From: a candidate division WOR-3 bacterium
GTDB taxonomy: Bacteria > Hydrothermota > Hydrothermia > LBFQ01 > DSFT01
Length of the DNA: 35,810 nt
Direction of reading: 5' to 3'
NCBI GenBank assembly: GCA_965649115.1
Contig: CBFGJN010000004.1
Location: 1-35,810, forward strand
Shown: piece by piece, positions 26,417 through 35,810 of the stretch
Numbering within the stretch: position 1 is the first letter of the stretch
Layout: the number at the start of each line of letters is the position of its first letter
Notes under the pieces: model-generated
The model's input: only the letters and a program-made list of their open reading frames with translations
Told to the model about the DNA's origin: nothing
Database searches by the model: none
Program-made: the position numbers and the translations under genes

Positions 26417-29400
26417 AGGAGAGATTTAGAGAAGATGTTTTAACAAGAGTGTCACCGAAAAAAATAAAATCTATCGTTATAAAATTGGCTGATCCAGAAA
26501 CGATAATGAGTTGGTCTTATGCAGAGATGAAGGGTAGGGAAAGGCGTGAATTTGGTCTTGGTGAAGTTATTAAAGGTGAAACAATAAATTATAGGACATT
26601 AAAACCAGAGCCAGGGGGTTTATTCTGTGAAAGGATTTTTGGTCCTGTAAAGGATTATGAATGCTCTTGTGGAAAATATAAAGGTAAGAAGTATGCGGGT
26701 GTTATATGTGATAGATGTGGTGTAGAAGTAACTGATTCAAGAGTAAGAAGAGAGAGAATGGGTTATGTTAAATTGGCTGTTCCAGTAGCTCATATTTGGT
26801 TTTATAAAATTCCACCTTCAATTATGGGTGTTCTTCTTGATATATCTAGGCAAAATCTTGAAGATGTTTTATATTATGGTTCATATGTTGTTTTAGATCC
26901 AGGAAAAGTTCCAAATCTCAAAAAGGGTGAAGTTATTTCAATAAATAAGTATCAAGAGTTAGTTAAAGAGTTTGGTGAAAAAGCTTTTAGGGCTGGGATG
27001 GGAGCACCTGCTATTAAAGAATTATTGGAAGAATTTTCTCAACCTGTTGAAAAAGGTAGCAAAACAACGAAATTAGAAAAACTATATGATGAGTTATCTT
27101 ATAAATTAAAAATAGAAAGGTCAGTAATAGTAAGAAAGAAAATTTTACAAAAATTAAGAATTGTTAAAGCTTTTGTTGAGTCAGGCGTCAAACCACATTG
27201 GATGATATTAGAAGTTCTTCCTATTATTCCCCCTGATCTTAGACCAATTGTAGCATTAGAAGGTGGTAGATTTGGTTCAAGTGATATTAACGATCTTTAT
27301 AAAAGAGTAATTTATAGAAATAACAGATTAAAGCAATTTTTGTCAGATATTCCTACACCAGAACCAATACTTATAAACGATAAGCGTATGCTACAAGAAG
27401 CAGTAGATGCAGTATTAGATAATTCAAGAAGAAAGAAACCGGTTTTGGGAAGAGGAAATAGAAAATTGAAATCGCTTTCTGATGATATAAGAGGCAAAAA
27501 GGGTCTTTTAAGGAGAAATTTACTTGGTAAGAGGGTTGATTATTCAGCGAGAAGTGTTATTGTTGTTGGTCCAGAATTAAAGATGCATCAAGTTGGTGTT
27601 CCAAAGGAAATAGCTGTTGAACTTTGGAGACCATTTATAGAAAAGAAATTGGAAGAACTTGGACTTGCTGAAAATATAAGAGGAACGAGAAAATTACTTA
27701 GAAGAAGAACCAAGGAAGTTTGGGAGATACTTGAAGAGGTTTCAAGGAATCACCCTGTTTGGTTAAATAGAGCTCCTACATTACATAGACCATCTATCCA
27801 AGCATTTGAACCTGTAATTGTTGAAGGTAAAGCTATCAGATTACATCCACTTGTTTGTGCAGCATATAATGCAGATTTTGATGGGGACCAAATGGCTATA
27901 TTCTTGCCTTTATCGCCGGAGGCTCAACTTGAAAGCTATATGTTATTATTATCAGTTCATAATATTCTTTCACCTGCCCATGGCAAACCGCTAGCTAGTG
28001 CAAGTCAAGATATGGTAATTGGTATAAATTACTTAACAAAAGTTAAGCCTAATGCTAAGGGTGAAGGAAAAGTTTTCTATTCAATAGATGAAGCAATAAA
28101 AGCATACGAAAATAATATCATTGAATTACATGCGTTAATAAAAGTTCCTATATCAAAACAAGAACCTCTTTCTAATATCCCACCTGTGGAATTTGTTGAA
28201 ACGACAGTTGGAAGAATTCTATTTAATAGTATATTGCCTTCTGAATACAGGAAAAAATATGGTTTTATAAATAAGGAACTTAAAAAAGGAGATATATCTG
28301 ATATTGTTTATAAGTGTCATAGATTACTTGGTGAATGGGCAACTGCTGAATTTCTTGATAATATGAAGGATTTAGGATTTAAGTATGCTACCAAGTCTGG
28401 AACAACATTCGGTATAGATGACATCATTATTCCTGAAAAGAAGTACGAAATTATTGAATCTGCATTTAAGGAACTTGATAAAATAAATAGAAGACTTGAA
28501 AAAGGTGAAATATCAAGAGCTGAACACTATCAACAAGTTGTTGATTTATGGCAGATAACAACAGAAAAAGTCAAACGCGAATTAGAAAATGCACTTGAAA
28601 AAGATAAAAATGGATTTAATCCTATTTATATGATGGTATATTCAGGAGCAAGAGGAAATATAACTCAAACAATGCAACTTTCAGCTATGAGAGGATTAAT
28701 GGCAAGACCAAGTAGAAAAGGTGAAATTGGTGATTTAATTGAAATTCCTGTTATTTCTTCATTAAAAGAAGGATTAAAAATGATGGAATACTTTATATCT
28801 ACGCATGGTGCAAGAAAAGGTCAATCCGACACTGCTCTTAAAACTGCTGATGCTGGTTATTTAACAAGAAGGCTTGTAGATGTTGCCCAAGATGTTATTG
28901 TTACAATTGAAGATTGTGGAACAGTAAGAGGTAGAACAATAAGGGGTCCAAAAATTGCCTCTAAAATTTTAGGAAGAATTGCTCTTGATGATATTTACAA
29001 TCCAAACAATAATGAAATTATTGTAAAAGCTGGTGAAGAAATAGATGAAGAAAAAGCTGAATTAATAGAAAAGCTTGGAATAGAAGAGGTTCCTGTTCGT
29101 TCTGTTTTGTATTGTGAGGCAGAATATGGTGTTTGTGCTAAATGTTATGGTAGAAATTTAGCGACAGGTAAAATTGTTGATATTGGAGAGGCGGTTGGTA
29201 TTATAGCTGCTCAGTCAATTGGAGAACCGGGAACTCAATTAACATTAAGAACATTCCACACGGGTGGTGTTGCTGAAAAGATAGCTGAAAAGAATTATCA
29301 TGAATCACCTTTTGATGGTAAGGTTGAATATATTGGAATAAATGTCCTTCAAACGGATGATAAAAAAATTGTAATTAGTAAAAAAGGAAAAATTAAAGTA

Positions 29401-30606
29401 ATATCAAAAGATAATAGAGAAAAAGTCTTTGATGTTCCTTATGGAAGTGAGATTTTCGTTGATGATAACTCATTTGTGAAACAAGGGGAGAAACTTGTTG
29501 AATGGGAACCATATTCTCTTCCAATAATTATCACTAAGGAAGGTGTTCTTGAATTTTATGATGTTGAAGAAGGATTTACATTGAAAGAAGAAAAACAAGA
29601 AGGAAAAGTTGAATATGTAATTGAAATAATAAGACAAAAGAGAGCATATCCAAGAATTGCTGTTAAAGATAAGAAAACTGGTCAGATTTTGGAAGAAATT
29701 TATCTTGTTGATCAAGCAAGACTTACCCAAAGAGCCTATGAATTATACAAACAATCAAAGCAAATTAAAAATTTCAGAGAGAGAGATGTTGTCAAACCTG
29801 GTGAAATAATAGCAAGATTACCTAAGATAACTGCTAAAACAAGGGATATAACCGGTGGATTACCTAAGGTTGAAGAGTTATTTGAAGCAAGAGTTCCAAG
29901 AAATAAAGCAATACTTTCAGAATTTGCTGGAACGATAGAGACTATTGAAATGGATTCTAAAAGAGGTAATTTTAGAATTAGAATTTTAAGTGATGATGGA
30001 AAATCAAAAGAATATGAAGTTCCATATGGTAAGTACTTACTTGTTAATGAAGGGGACCATGTTGAAGCTGGTGATCCTCTAACTGAGGGTGAATTAGATC
30101 CTCATGATTTACTAAAAATAAAAGGCAAAGACTATGTTCAAGAATACTTATTTGAAAAAATACAGGAAATTTACGGAACATCTGGTGTAGAAATCAATGA
30201 TAAACATATTGAAATTATTGTAAGGCAAATGTTAAGAAAAGTTAAAATAGAAAGCTCTGGAAATACTAATTTATTTGAAGATGATATTGTGGATTATGTG
30301 AAAGTTAAAAAGGAAAATGAAAGGGTTCTTAAAGAAGGTGGTAAGCAAGCTACTTATACACCAATTCTTCTTGGAATAACAAGGGCAGCATTATCAACTG
30401 ATTCATTTATATCAGCTGCTTCTTTCCAAGAAACTACAAAAATTTTAGCATTTGCAGCTATTGAAGCAAAGGAAGATGAACTTCGTGGATTGAAAGAAAA
30501 TGTAATTATTGGTGGTTTAATACCTGCTGGCACAGGTAGAAGAGATTTGAGAGATATTAAATTAGCAGTTGAAGAAATGAAAGAGAAAGAAAAAGAAAGA
30601 GCCTAA
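26413..30606 (+). CDS. rpoC: RNA polymerase beta' subunit
   Basis: GLFCERIFGP, LLGKRVDYS, NADFDGD active site, GEPGTQLTLRTFH. Confidence 0.99.
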   Translation: MKERFREDVLTRVSPKKIKSIVIKLADPETIMSWSYAEMKGRERREFGLGEVIKGETINYRTLKPEPGGLFCERIFGPVKDYECSCGKYKGKKYAGVICDRCGVEVTDSRVRRERMGYVKLAVPVAHIWFYKIPPSIMGVLLDISRQNLEDVLYYGSYVVLDPGKVPNLKKGEVISINKYQELVKEFGEKAFRAGMGAPAIKELLEEFSQPVEKGSKTTKLEKLYDELSYKLKIERSVIVRKKILQKLRIVKAFVESGVKPHWMILEVLPIIPPDLRPIVALEGGRFGSSDINDLYKRVIYRNNRLKQFLSDIPTPEPILINDKRMLQEAVDAVLDNSRRKKPVLGRGNRKLKSLSDDIRGKKGLLRRNLLGKRVDYSARSVIVVGPELKMHQVGVPKEIAVELWRPFIEKKLEELGLAENIRGTRKLLRRRTKEVWEILEEVSRNHPVWLNRAPTLHRPSIQAFEPVIVEGKAIRLHPLVCAAYNADFDGDQMAIFLPLSPEAQLESYMLLLSVHNILSPAHGKPLASASQDMVIGINYLTKVKPNAKGEGKVFYSIDEAIKAYENNIIELHALIKVPISKQEPLSNIPPVEFVETTVGRILFNSILPSEYRKKYGFINKELKKGDISDIVYKCHRLLGEWATAEFLDNMKDLGFKYATKSGTTFGIDDIIIPEKKYEIIESAFKELDKINRRLEKGEISRAEHYQQVVDLWQITTEKVKRELENALEKDKNGFNPIYMMVYSGARGNITQTMQLSAMRGLMARPSRKGEIGDLIEIPVISSLKEGLKMMEYFISTHGARKGQSDTALKTADAGYLTRRLVDVAQDVIVTIEDCGTVRGRTIRGPKIASKILGRIALDDIYNPNNNEIIVKAGEEIDEEKAELIEKLGIEEVPVRSVLYCEAEYGVCAKCYGRNLATGKIVDIGEAVGIIAAQSIGEPGTQLTLRTFHTGGVAEKIAEKNYHESPFDGKVEYIGINVLQTDDKKIVISKKGKIKVISKDNREKVFDVPYGSEIFVDDNSFVKQGEKLVEWEPYSLPIIITKEGVLEFYDVEEGFTLKEEKQEGKVEYVIEIIRQKRAYPRIAVKDKKTGQILEEIYLVDQARLTQRAYELYKQSKQIKNFRERDVVKPGEIIARLPKITAKTRDITGGLPKVEELFEARVPRNKAILSEFAGTIETIEMDSKRGNFRIRILSDDGKSKEYEVPYGKYLLVNEGDHVEAGDPLTEGELDPHDLLKIKGKDYVQEYLFEKIQEIYGTSGVEINDKHIEIIVRQMLRKVKIESSGNTNLFEDDIVDYVKVKKENERVLKEGGKQATYTPILLGITRAALSTDSFISAASFQETTKILAFAAIEAKEDELRGLKENVIIGGLIPAGTGRRDLRDIKLAVEEMKEKEKERA

Positions 30607-31622
30607 TGTTATTTACATTATTTTTATTAGGTGGGCGAATTTATAGCCCACCTGTTTATCTAATTTTACCTGATAGTGGAGATTTAAAAATTTTATCAGA
30701 AGAATTTTTAAAAGGATTTAGTTTTGCTATTAAAGATGAATTTGATTTTAATGTAATTGATGAAGACCCTGATACAAATGTGGAATTTTCAAAAATTTAT
30801 GAAAATATCATTAGTAAAAATCCAAAAATTATAATTGGACCAATTTTAACAAAACATCAAAAAATTTCAGCAGAGATTTCTATGAGAAATAAAATTATTC
30901 AGATTTTACCAATAACTTATGATGTTTCACTTGGAACGTTTGGAAATTATGTTTATCCTTTTAATTTTAAAATTTATATGGAACTTCAAAAATTTCTTGA
31001 ATTTTTAAGAGAAAACGGAGATACAAATTTTGTTTTATTTTATGAGAGTACAATAAATGGTCTTTCAATAAAGAAATTTTTAGATAGTTATTATTCTGTT
31101 CCTACAATACTTGTAAAAAATGGTAAAATTTCAAAGATTGAAGCTTCTGAAATTATAAATGATATAAAAGGTTATAATTCAGTCTTGTTTTCTGATAATG
31201 GTTTAAATTCAATCAATTTATATTTAGCATTAAGGTCATTAGGTTATAAAAAGAATGTTTATGTTTTTGATAATTGGCTTAAAGAGGATGTTCTTAATAA
31301 AATTATTGGTATGACCGAAAAATTATATGCTATAACACTTCAAAATATAACTTATTCAAGCTACCTTTTGAAACTTGATAGAAAATTTAAATTTATTGAA
31401 GATTATAAGAAGTTTTATAATTCTGAGCCATCAATGGCAGCACTTATTGGTTATGATACTGGTTTCCTTGTAAAACTTGCCCTAAAATCAAATGATATTA
31501 AAGAATTTTTATTGAAATTCGGTATTTTAAATGGGATAAGTGATGACTATCTTATTTCAAAAAATCCATCGTACATTAAAATTTTAAAACTTACAGATAG
31601 GGGATTTGAGGAGGTTAAATAA
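30606..31622 (+). CDS. Periplasmic binding protein type I fold (LppC/LivJ-like)
   Basis: ILP.SG....L...F.KG, IIIGPI, F...Y...Y..EPS..A..GYD pattern; TAATG-coupled to rpoC. Confidence 0.6.
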   Translation: MLFTLFLLGGRIYSPPVYLILPDSGDLKILSEEFLKGFSFAIKDEFDFNVIDEDPDTNVEFSKIYENIISKNPKIIIGPILTKHQKISAEISMRNKIIQILPITYDVSLGTFGNYVYPFNFKIYMELQKFLEFLRENGDTNFVLFYESTINGLSIKKFLDSYYSVPTILVKNGKISKIEASEIINDIKGYNSVLFSDNGLNSINLYLALRSLGYKKNVYVFDNWLKEDVLNKIIGMTEKLYAITLQNITYSSYLLKLDRKFKFIEDYKKFYNSEPSMAALIGYDTGFLVKLALKSNDIKEFLLKFGILNGISDDYLISKNPSYIKILKLTDRGFEEVK

Positions 31623-31774
31623 TGAAATTTTGGATTGCTTTTCTTTTATCTCTATTACTTCAATTGATAGCGCTTATTCTTACACTTTATGGAGATACTA
31701 TTATTACTCCAATTCTATTTTTTGTCTCATTATTTGTAATTTCAATTTGGGGGATTGTTAATTATAATGATTAA
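31622..31774 (+). CDS. Small 2-TM membrane protein (50 aa, not in ORF track)
   Basis: MKFWIAFLLSLLLQLIALILTLYGDTIITPILFFVSLFVISIWGIVNYND; TAATG overlap upstream and 8-nt overlap downstream, filling the gap exactly. Confidence 0.75.
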   Translation: MKFWIAFLLSLLLQLIALILTLYGDTIITPILFFVSLFVISIWGIVNYND

Positions 31775-32039
31775 GGCACAATTAAGTTTATATATTTTTA
31801 ATTATAATGGAGATAGAGGAGAAATTATCAGAGAATTTTGGAAAATTTTAAAAGAAAATCATTTTAAATTTATATCTAATTCCTTTTCTACAATTGTTTG
31901 GACTAATGATGATAAAAAATTATTTGAAGTTCTTTATTTTGCTTATGAGAAGTTTAAGAATTATGGAATTGTTTTTGACATTAAAATTTCAAATATTGGA
32001 CCTTATCCTGAATTTGAAATAAGGGATGATGAATTATGA
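31767..32039 (+). CDS. YkoF/MTH1187-like (thiamine-binding-type) small protein
   Basis: AQLSLY.. start, ..FST.V....L pattern, ~90 aa; start set at the in-frame ATG 31767. Confidence 0.55.
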   Translation: MIKAQLSLYIFNYNGDRGEIIREFWKILKENHFKFISNSFSTIVWTNDDKKLFEVLYFAYEKFKNYGIVFDIKISNIGPYPEFEIRDDEL

Positions 32040-32893
32040 AGGGTGTTTGGACTGCACTAATTACACCATTTGATGAAAATTTAAAAATTGATTATGAAAG
32101 TCTTGAGAAATTAATTAATTATCAAATTGAAAATAACATTGATGGAATTGTTTTATTTGGAACAACGGGGGAATCTCCTACAATTGAAGAAGAGGAATTT
32201 TTTGAAGTTTTAAAATTTATAAAGCGTTTTAATATAGATGTTATTGTTGGAACGGGAACAAATAGTACCAAAAAAACAATTGAAAAAACAAAAAAAGTTA
32301 TGGATATTGGTTTTGATAAATTTCTAATTGTTTCACCATATTACAATAAACCTAATTTTAATGGACTTTACGAACATTTTAAAAACATTCTATTAACTAA
32401 TGCTAAAATTGTTATTTATGAAATTCCTTCAAGAACAGGAATAAGTATTCCTATTGAAGTTTTAAAAATGCTTAAAGATGAATTTAAAGATAATGTTTTA
32501 GCGTTGAAATTTTCAAATAGTGATTTAGATTTGTTAAGCAGAATTATTTTGGAAATTAAAAATTTAAATGTTTTGAGTGGAGATGACAATTTAACACTTC
32601 CTATGATGAGTCTTGGAGCATTTGGTGTTATTTCCGTTTTAAGTAATGTTTATCCCAAGGAAATAAAGGAACTAGTTTATAGTGCCTTAAATGGAGATTT
32701 TATTAAGGCAAAAGAAATTCACTATAAAATGTACAAACTTTTCAAATTAGCATTTCTTGAAACAAATCCAATTCCAATAAAGTACATAGCTTATAAGAAG
32801 AAATTAATAAAAACGCCGTATTTAAGACTTCCATTGTCTCAACTTTCAGAAAAAAATAAAGAAATAATTGATAATTTTTTGAAAAATGAATAA
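32036..32893 (+). CDS. dapA: 4-hydroxy-tetrahydrodipicolinate synthase
   Basis: TALITPF, GTTGESPT, SPYYNKP, IPSRTG, LSGDD, ETNPIPIK. Confidence 0.95.
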   Translation: MKGVWTALITPFDENLKIDYESLEKLINYQIENNIDGIVLFGTTGESPTIEEEEFFEVLKFIKRFNIDVIVGTGTNSTKKTIEKTKKVMDIGFDKFLIVSPYYNKPNFNGLYEHFKNILLTNAKIVIYEIPSRTGISIPIEVLKMLKDEFKDNVLALKFSNSDLDLLSRIILEIKNLNVLSGDDNLTLPMMSLGAFGVISVLSNVYPKEIKELVYSALNGDFIKAKEIHYKMYKLFKLAFLETNPIPIKYIAYKKKLIKTPYLRLPLSQLSEKNKEIIDNFLKNE

Positions 32894-33902
32894 AAATCTA
32901 AAAAGCTTAACATTAAAGCAACTTTCAAAAATTGGTGAAAAACCTTATAATGGTATTCAAATTTATAGGTGGATTTGGAAAAAGGGCGAGGAAAATATAA
33001 GTAATTTTACAGATATTTCAAAAAATTTAAGAAATAAACTTATCCAAGATGGATATTTTGTTGGTAAAATAAAAGAAATTGATAGGGTTTATTCAAATGA
33101 TGGAAGTATTAAATTTGTATTTGAAGATGGATATGAAGCAGTTTATATGCCCGATAATGATAGAATAACAGTTTGTGTTTCAAGCCAAGTTGGCTGTGCT
33201 TTAAAGTGTCAATTTTGTGCTACTGGACTTTTGGGTTTTAGGAGAAACTTGGAATGGTGGGAAATTGCTGATCAAGTTCTACAAATTAGTAAAATTACTA
33301 ATAAAAAAATTACAAATGTTGTTTTTATGGGAATGGGTGAGCCTTTATTAAATTTTGAAAATGTTAAGCAAGCAATAAGAGTTATGACTTCTCATATAGG
33401 TTTAAATATAGGAGCAAGACATATTACAATTTCTACAAGTGGTATTGTTCCAAAAATATATGAACTTGCTGATTTTGAAAGAAGAGTTAAACTTGCTATA
33501 TCTCTTCATTCTGCTATTGAAGAAAAAAGAATTAAAATTATGCCAATAGCAAAGGCTTACAGTTTAAATGAACTTAAAGAAGCACTAATGTATTACTATG
33601 AAAGGAAAAAAAGAAAAATTACAATAGAATATATTCAACTTAAAGGTTTTAACGACCAAAACGAAGATATAAAAGCTTTAAAGGAATTTATAAAAAATTT
33701 AAATTGTAAGATAAACATTATCCCATATAATAAAGTTGATTACTTTCCTTGGGAAGTTCCAAGTGAAGAAGATGTTTATGATTTTTATGATAGATTGAAG
33801 AAAGAAATTAAAGATGTTGTAATTACTATAAGATGGTCAAGGGGAAGGGATGTTTATGGAGCATGCGGACAGCTTGGATTTGAATTCATTAATAAAAAAT
33901 AA
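32886..33902 (+). CDS. rlmN: Dual-specificity RNA methyltransferase RlmN
   Basis: CVSSQVGCALKCQFCATG, VFMGMGEP, LAISLH, GACGQL. Confidence 0.96.
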   Translation: MNKNLKSLTLKQLSKIGEKPYNGIQIYRWIWKKGEENISNFTDISKNLRNKLIQDGYFVGKIKEIDRVYSNDGSIKFVFEDGYEAVYMPDNDRITVCVSSQVGCALKCQFCATGLLGFRRNLEWWEIADQVLQISKITNKKITNVVFMGMGEPLLNFENVKQAIRVMTSHIGLNIGARHITISTSGIVPKIYELADFERRVKLAISLHSAIEEKRIKIMPIAKAYSLNELKEALMYYYERKKRKITIEYIQLKGFNDQNEDIKALKEFIKNLNCKINIIPYNKVDYFPWEVPSEEDVYDFYDRLKKEIKDVVITIRWSRGRDVYGACGQLGFEFINKK

Positions 33903-35154
33903 TGATAGAATTTTAGTAGCATTTTCAGGAGGTCCAGATTCAGTTTTCCTTGTTAAAAAGCTTTTGGAACTTAAAAACAAAATAAATTTTGAATTTTCCA
34001 TATGCTATATAAATCATAAATTAAGAGATGAAGCTTATCTTGAAGAAGAATGGGTAAAAAACTTTTCTAAAAAATATAACTTAAAGTATTATATTGTTAG
34101 AGTTGATGTTTTAGATTTTTCAAAAAAGAAAAAAATTTCAATAGAAACTGCTGGTAGGATTTTAAGATATAGAATTTTAAATAAAATTTCAAGAAGGGAT
34201 AATTATAATAAAATTGCGACTGCTCATCATTTAAATGATGCTCTTGAAACATTTTTATTTAATTCTATTAGGGGAAGTGGAATTTTTGGACTTGTCTTAA
34301 AACCTAAATACAAAAACATTATAAGACCATTAATTTTATATTCAAAAGAGGAAATTTTGAGTTTTTTAAGTAAAGATGAATATCTTATTGATAAGACGAA
34401 TTTTCAGAGTGAATTTTCAAGAAACTTTATAAGAAATGAAATTGTTAGTAGAATTAAAGAAAAATTTCCAAGCTATATTAAAGGTTTTAGAAAAACATAT
34501 TTAAACTTACTTGAACTAACTAACTATTATAGAAAAAAATTCAAAAAGTTATTTAGAGTTTCCTTAATCTATAAGGATAGTAATATAAAAATTTTCAAAA
34601 GAGAAAGTTTTTCAAGTCTTAAAAGCTATGAACTAAAAATGTTTTTTTCAAAAATTGTAAAAGAGCCAAGCTTTGAACATTTAGAAAGAATTTTAAAAAT
34701 TATGAAAAATGAAGGTAAAATTAATATATCAAGAAATTACTTTTTTGAAGTTAGAGGAAATTTTGTTGGAATTTACAAAAAGAAGTTGAATTTTGATTAT
34801 CTTTTTTACATTTATCCAAAGAATGAAATAATCTATATAAAAGAATACAATATGAAAATTATTGTTTCTGTTTCAAATAAACCAAAAATTGGTAAATTCA
34901 TTATCAACTTTAATTTAAAAAACATTTTTAGTCCAATTATTATTAGGAAAAGAAAAAAAGGTGATAAAATTTCAAACAAAAAACTTAAAGAAATTTTTAT
35001 AAATTATAAGATTCCTAATTTTATAAAGGATTTTATTCCAGTTGTCCAAAAAGATGGTAAATTGTATTCTCCTATTAAAGGTTATTTTGAAAGTGGAGAA
35101 AAATTTTTAATAATTGAATTTCAATGTCCAATTTTCAACGAAATAAAAGTTTAA
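33850..35154 (+). CDS. tilS: tRNA(Ile)-lysidine synthetase
   Basis: VAFSGGPDS PP-loop, IATAHHLND, IIRPL, SRNFIRN; true start may be downstream (e.g. TTG 33880). Confidence 0.94.
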   Translation: MFMEHADSLDLNSLIKNNDRILVAFSGGPDSVFLVKKLLELKNKINFEFSICYINHKLRDEAYLEEEWVKNFSKKYNLKYYIVRVDVLDFSKKKKISIETAGRILRYRILNKISRRDNYNKIATAHHLNDALETFLFNSIRGSGIFGLVLKPKYKNIIRPLILYSKEEILSFLSKDEYLIDKTNFQSEFSRNFIRNEIVSRIKEKFPSYIKGFRKTYLNLLELTNYYRKKFKKLFRVSLIYKDSNIKIFKRESFSSLKSYELKMFFSKIVKEPSFEHLERILKIMKNEGKINISRNYFFEVRGNFVGIYKKKLNFDYLFYIYPKNEIIYIKEYNMKIIVSVSNKPKIGKFIINFNLKNIFSPIIIRKRKKGDKISNKKLKEIFINYKIPNFIKDFIPVVQKDGKLYSPIKGYFESGEKFLIIEFQCPIFNEIKV

Positions 35155-35228
35155 TGAAGGCATAAAGCTTAATTTAATTACTTGGACAATTTATGCTTTA
35201 AAATTTTAAACTTAAAGGAGGTTAAAAA

Positions 35229-35738
35229 ATGATATTTCTTATATCCTATATAAGTGAGAAAGCATATATTTCTGAATATGTTGGTGAATGGAAATATGAG
35301 TACTCAAAAGATCTTGGCAATTTCAAAAAGGTTCAAACACCAATTCATAAACAAAATCCTATTTTTGAAAAGAAAGTAAATCCTTATAGAATGCCATATA
35401 GAAAACCTTCTAATAATTTTCAAATAATGGATAGTTTATCAAATGAAGTTAGGATTACCTATTCAGGAACAGTTAGAGATGTTAAAGCTGCTTATTCAAA
35501 GAGAATTGGTAAAGTTGTTTATGTTTGGAGTGAGAATGATCCATCGTGTGGTGGTTCTTATTGTCTTCATGTTTGGAGGGAAGGTTATTCTTACATTTAT
35601 GTTTTTTCATGGTCTGGAACTTCTGACCCTGATATAGCAATAGGTGATACAAACAGATGGGCATTAATAAGCTTTAATGATGCTGCTGATGATAGTCTTT
35701 ATTGGATTTATTTTGCTTTGTCCAATAATTATTGTTAA
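35229..35738 (+). CDS. Hypothetical, probably exported protein whose 3' end is supplied by a MITE (possibly truncated)
   Basis: TAAAAT box (35199-35204) and SD AAGGAGGT upstream; the final residues ALSNNYC-stop are read from the MITE end. Confidence 0.65.
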   Translation: MIFLISYISEKAYISEYVGEWKYEYSKDLGNFKKVQTPIHKQNPIFEKKVNPYRMPYRKPSNNFQIMDSLSNEVRITYSGTVRDVKAAYSKRIGKVVYVWSENDPSCGGSYCLHVWREGYSYIYVFSWSGTSDPDIAIGDTNRWALISFNDAADDSLYWIYFALSNNYC

Positions 35739-35810
35739 GCGATTGATAATCAATAATTTATAAAATTTTTAAGGAAATTGTTGATTTATTGGGGGGATTA
35801 TTAGGGGGGC
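35714..35810 (+). mobile_element. MITE copy E9 (orientation A, runs off the window)
   Basis: TGCTTTGTCCAATAATTATTGTTAAGCGATTGATAATCAATAATTTATAAAA is identical to the reverse complement of the right end of E7. Confidence 0.9.

Noticed and set aside
35443..35664. Two short alternative-frame ORFs inside the 35229 ORF
   Set aside because: The 35229 frame has the promoter and SD; these have no independent support

Overview
Very AT-rich (~25% GC by eye) chromosomal window of a diderm, probably thermophilic bacterium. The proteins look FCB/WOR-3-like, but this is inference only. Gene content is mostly housekeeping: mutS, purC-ribH-GT2-GT4, mgtE, hup, an M1 peptidase, dnaX, a PpiD/SurA-type chaperone, a TrkA-C protein, a cytochrome c lipoprotein, accC-nth, and tRNA-Trp-rpmG-secE-nusG-rplKAJL-rpoBC running on into a coupled LppC-like/YkoF-like/dapA/rlmN/tilS block. 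A 4-repeat CRISPR array sits at the left edge. The most unusual signals are non-coding. (1) A ~200-bp non-autonomous MITE family (17-bp TIRs, 9-bp target duplications, at least 9 copies plus remnants): all five intact promoter-adjacent copies have the same end 21-22 nt upstream of the neighbouring gene's -10 box, in the same orientation. The family also forms tandem dimers joined by exactly 9 nt and carries co-varying GNA-triloop hairpins and paired IHF-like boxes. (2) A perfect 14-bp GC-rich inverted repeat that would pair the 5' and 3' UTRs of the hup mRNA. (3) A pervasive leaderless gene architecture, with a -10 box 7-10 nt before ATG/TTG and no Shine-Dalgarno.
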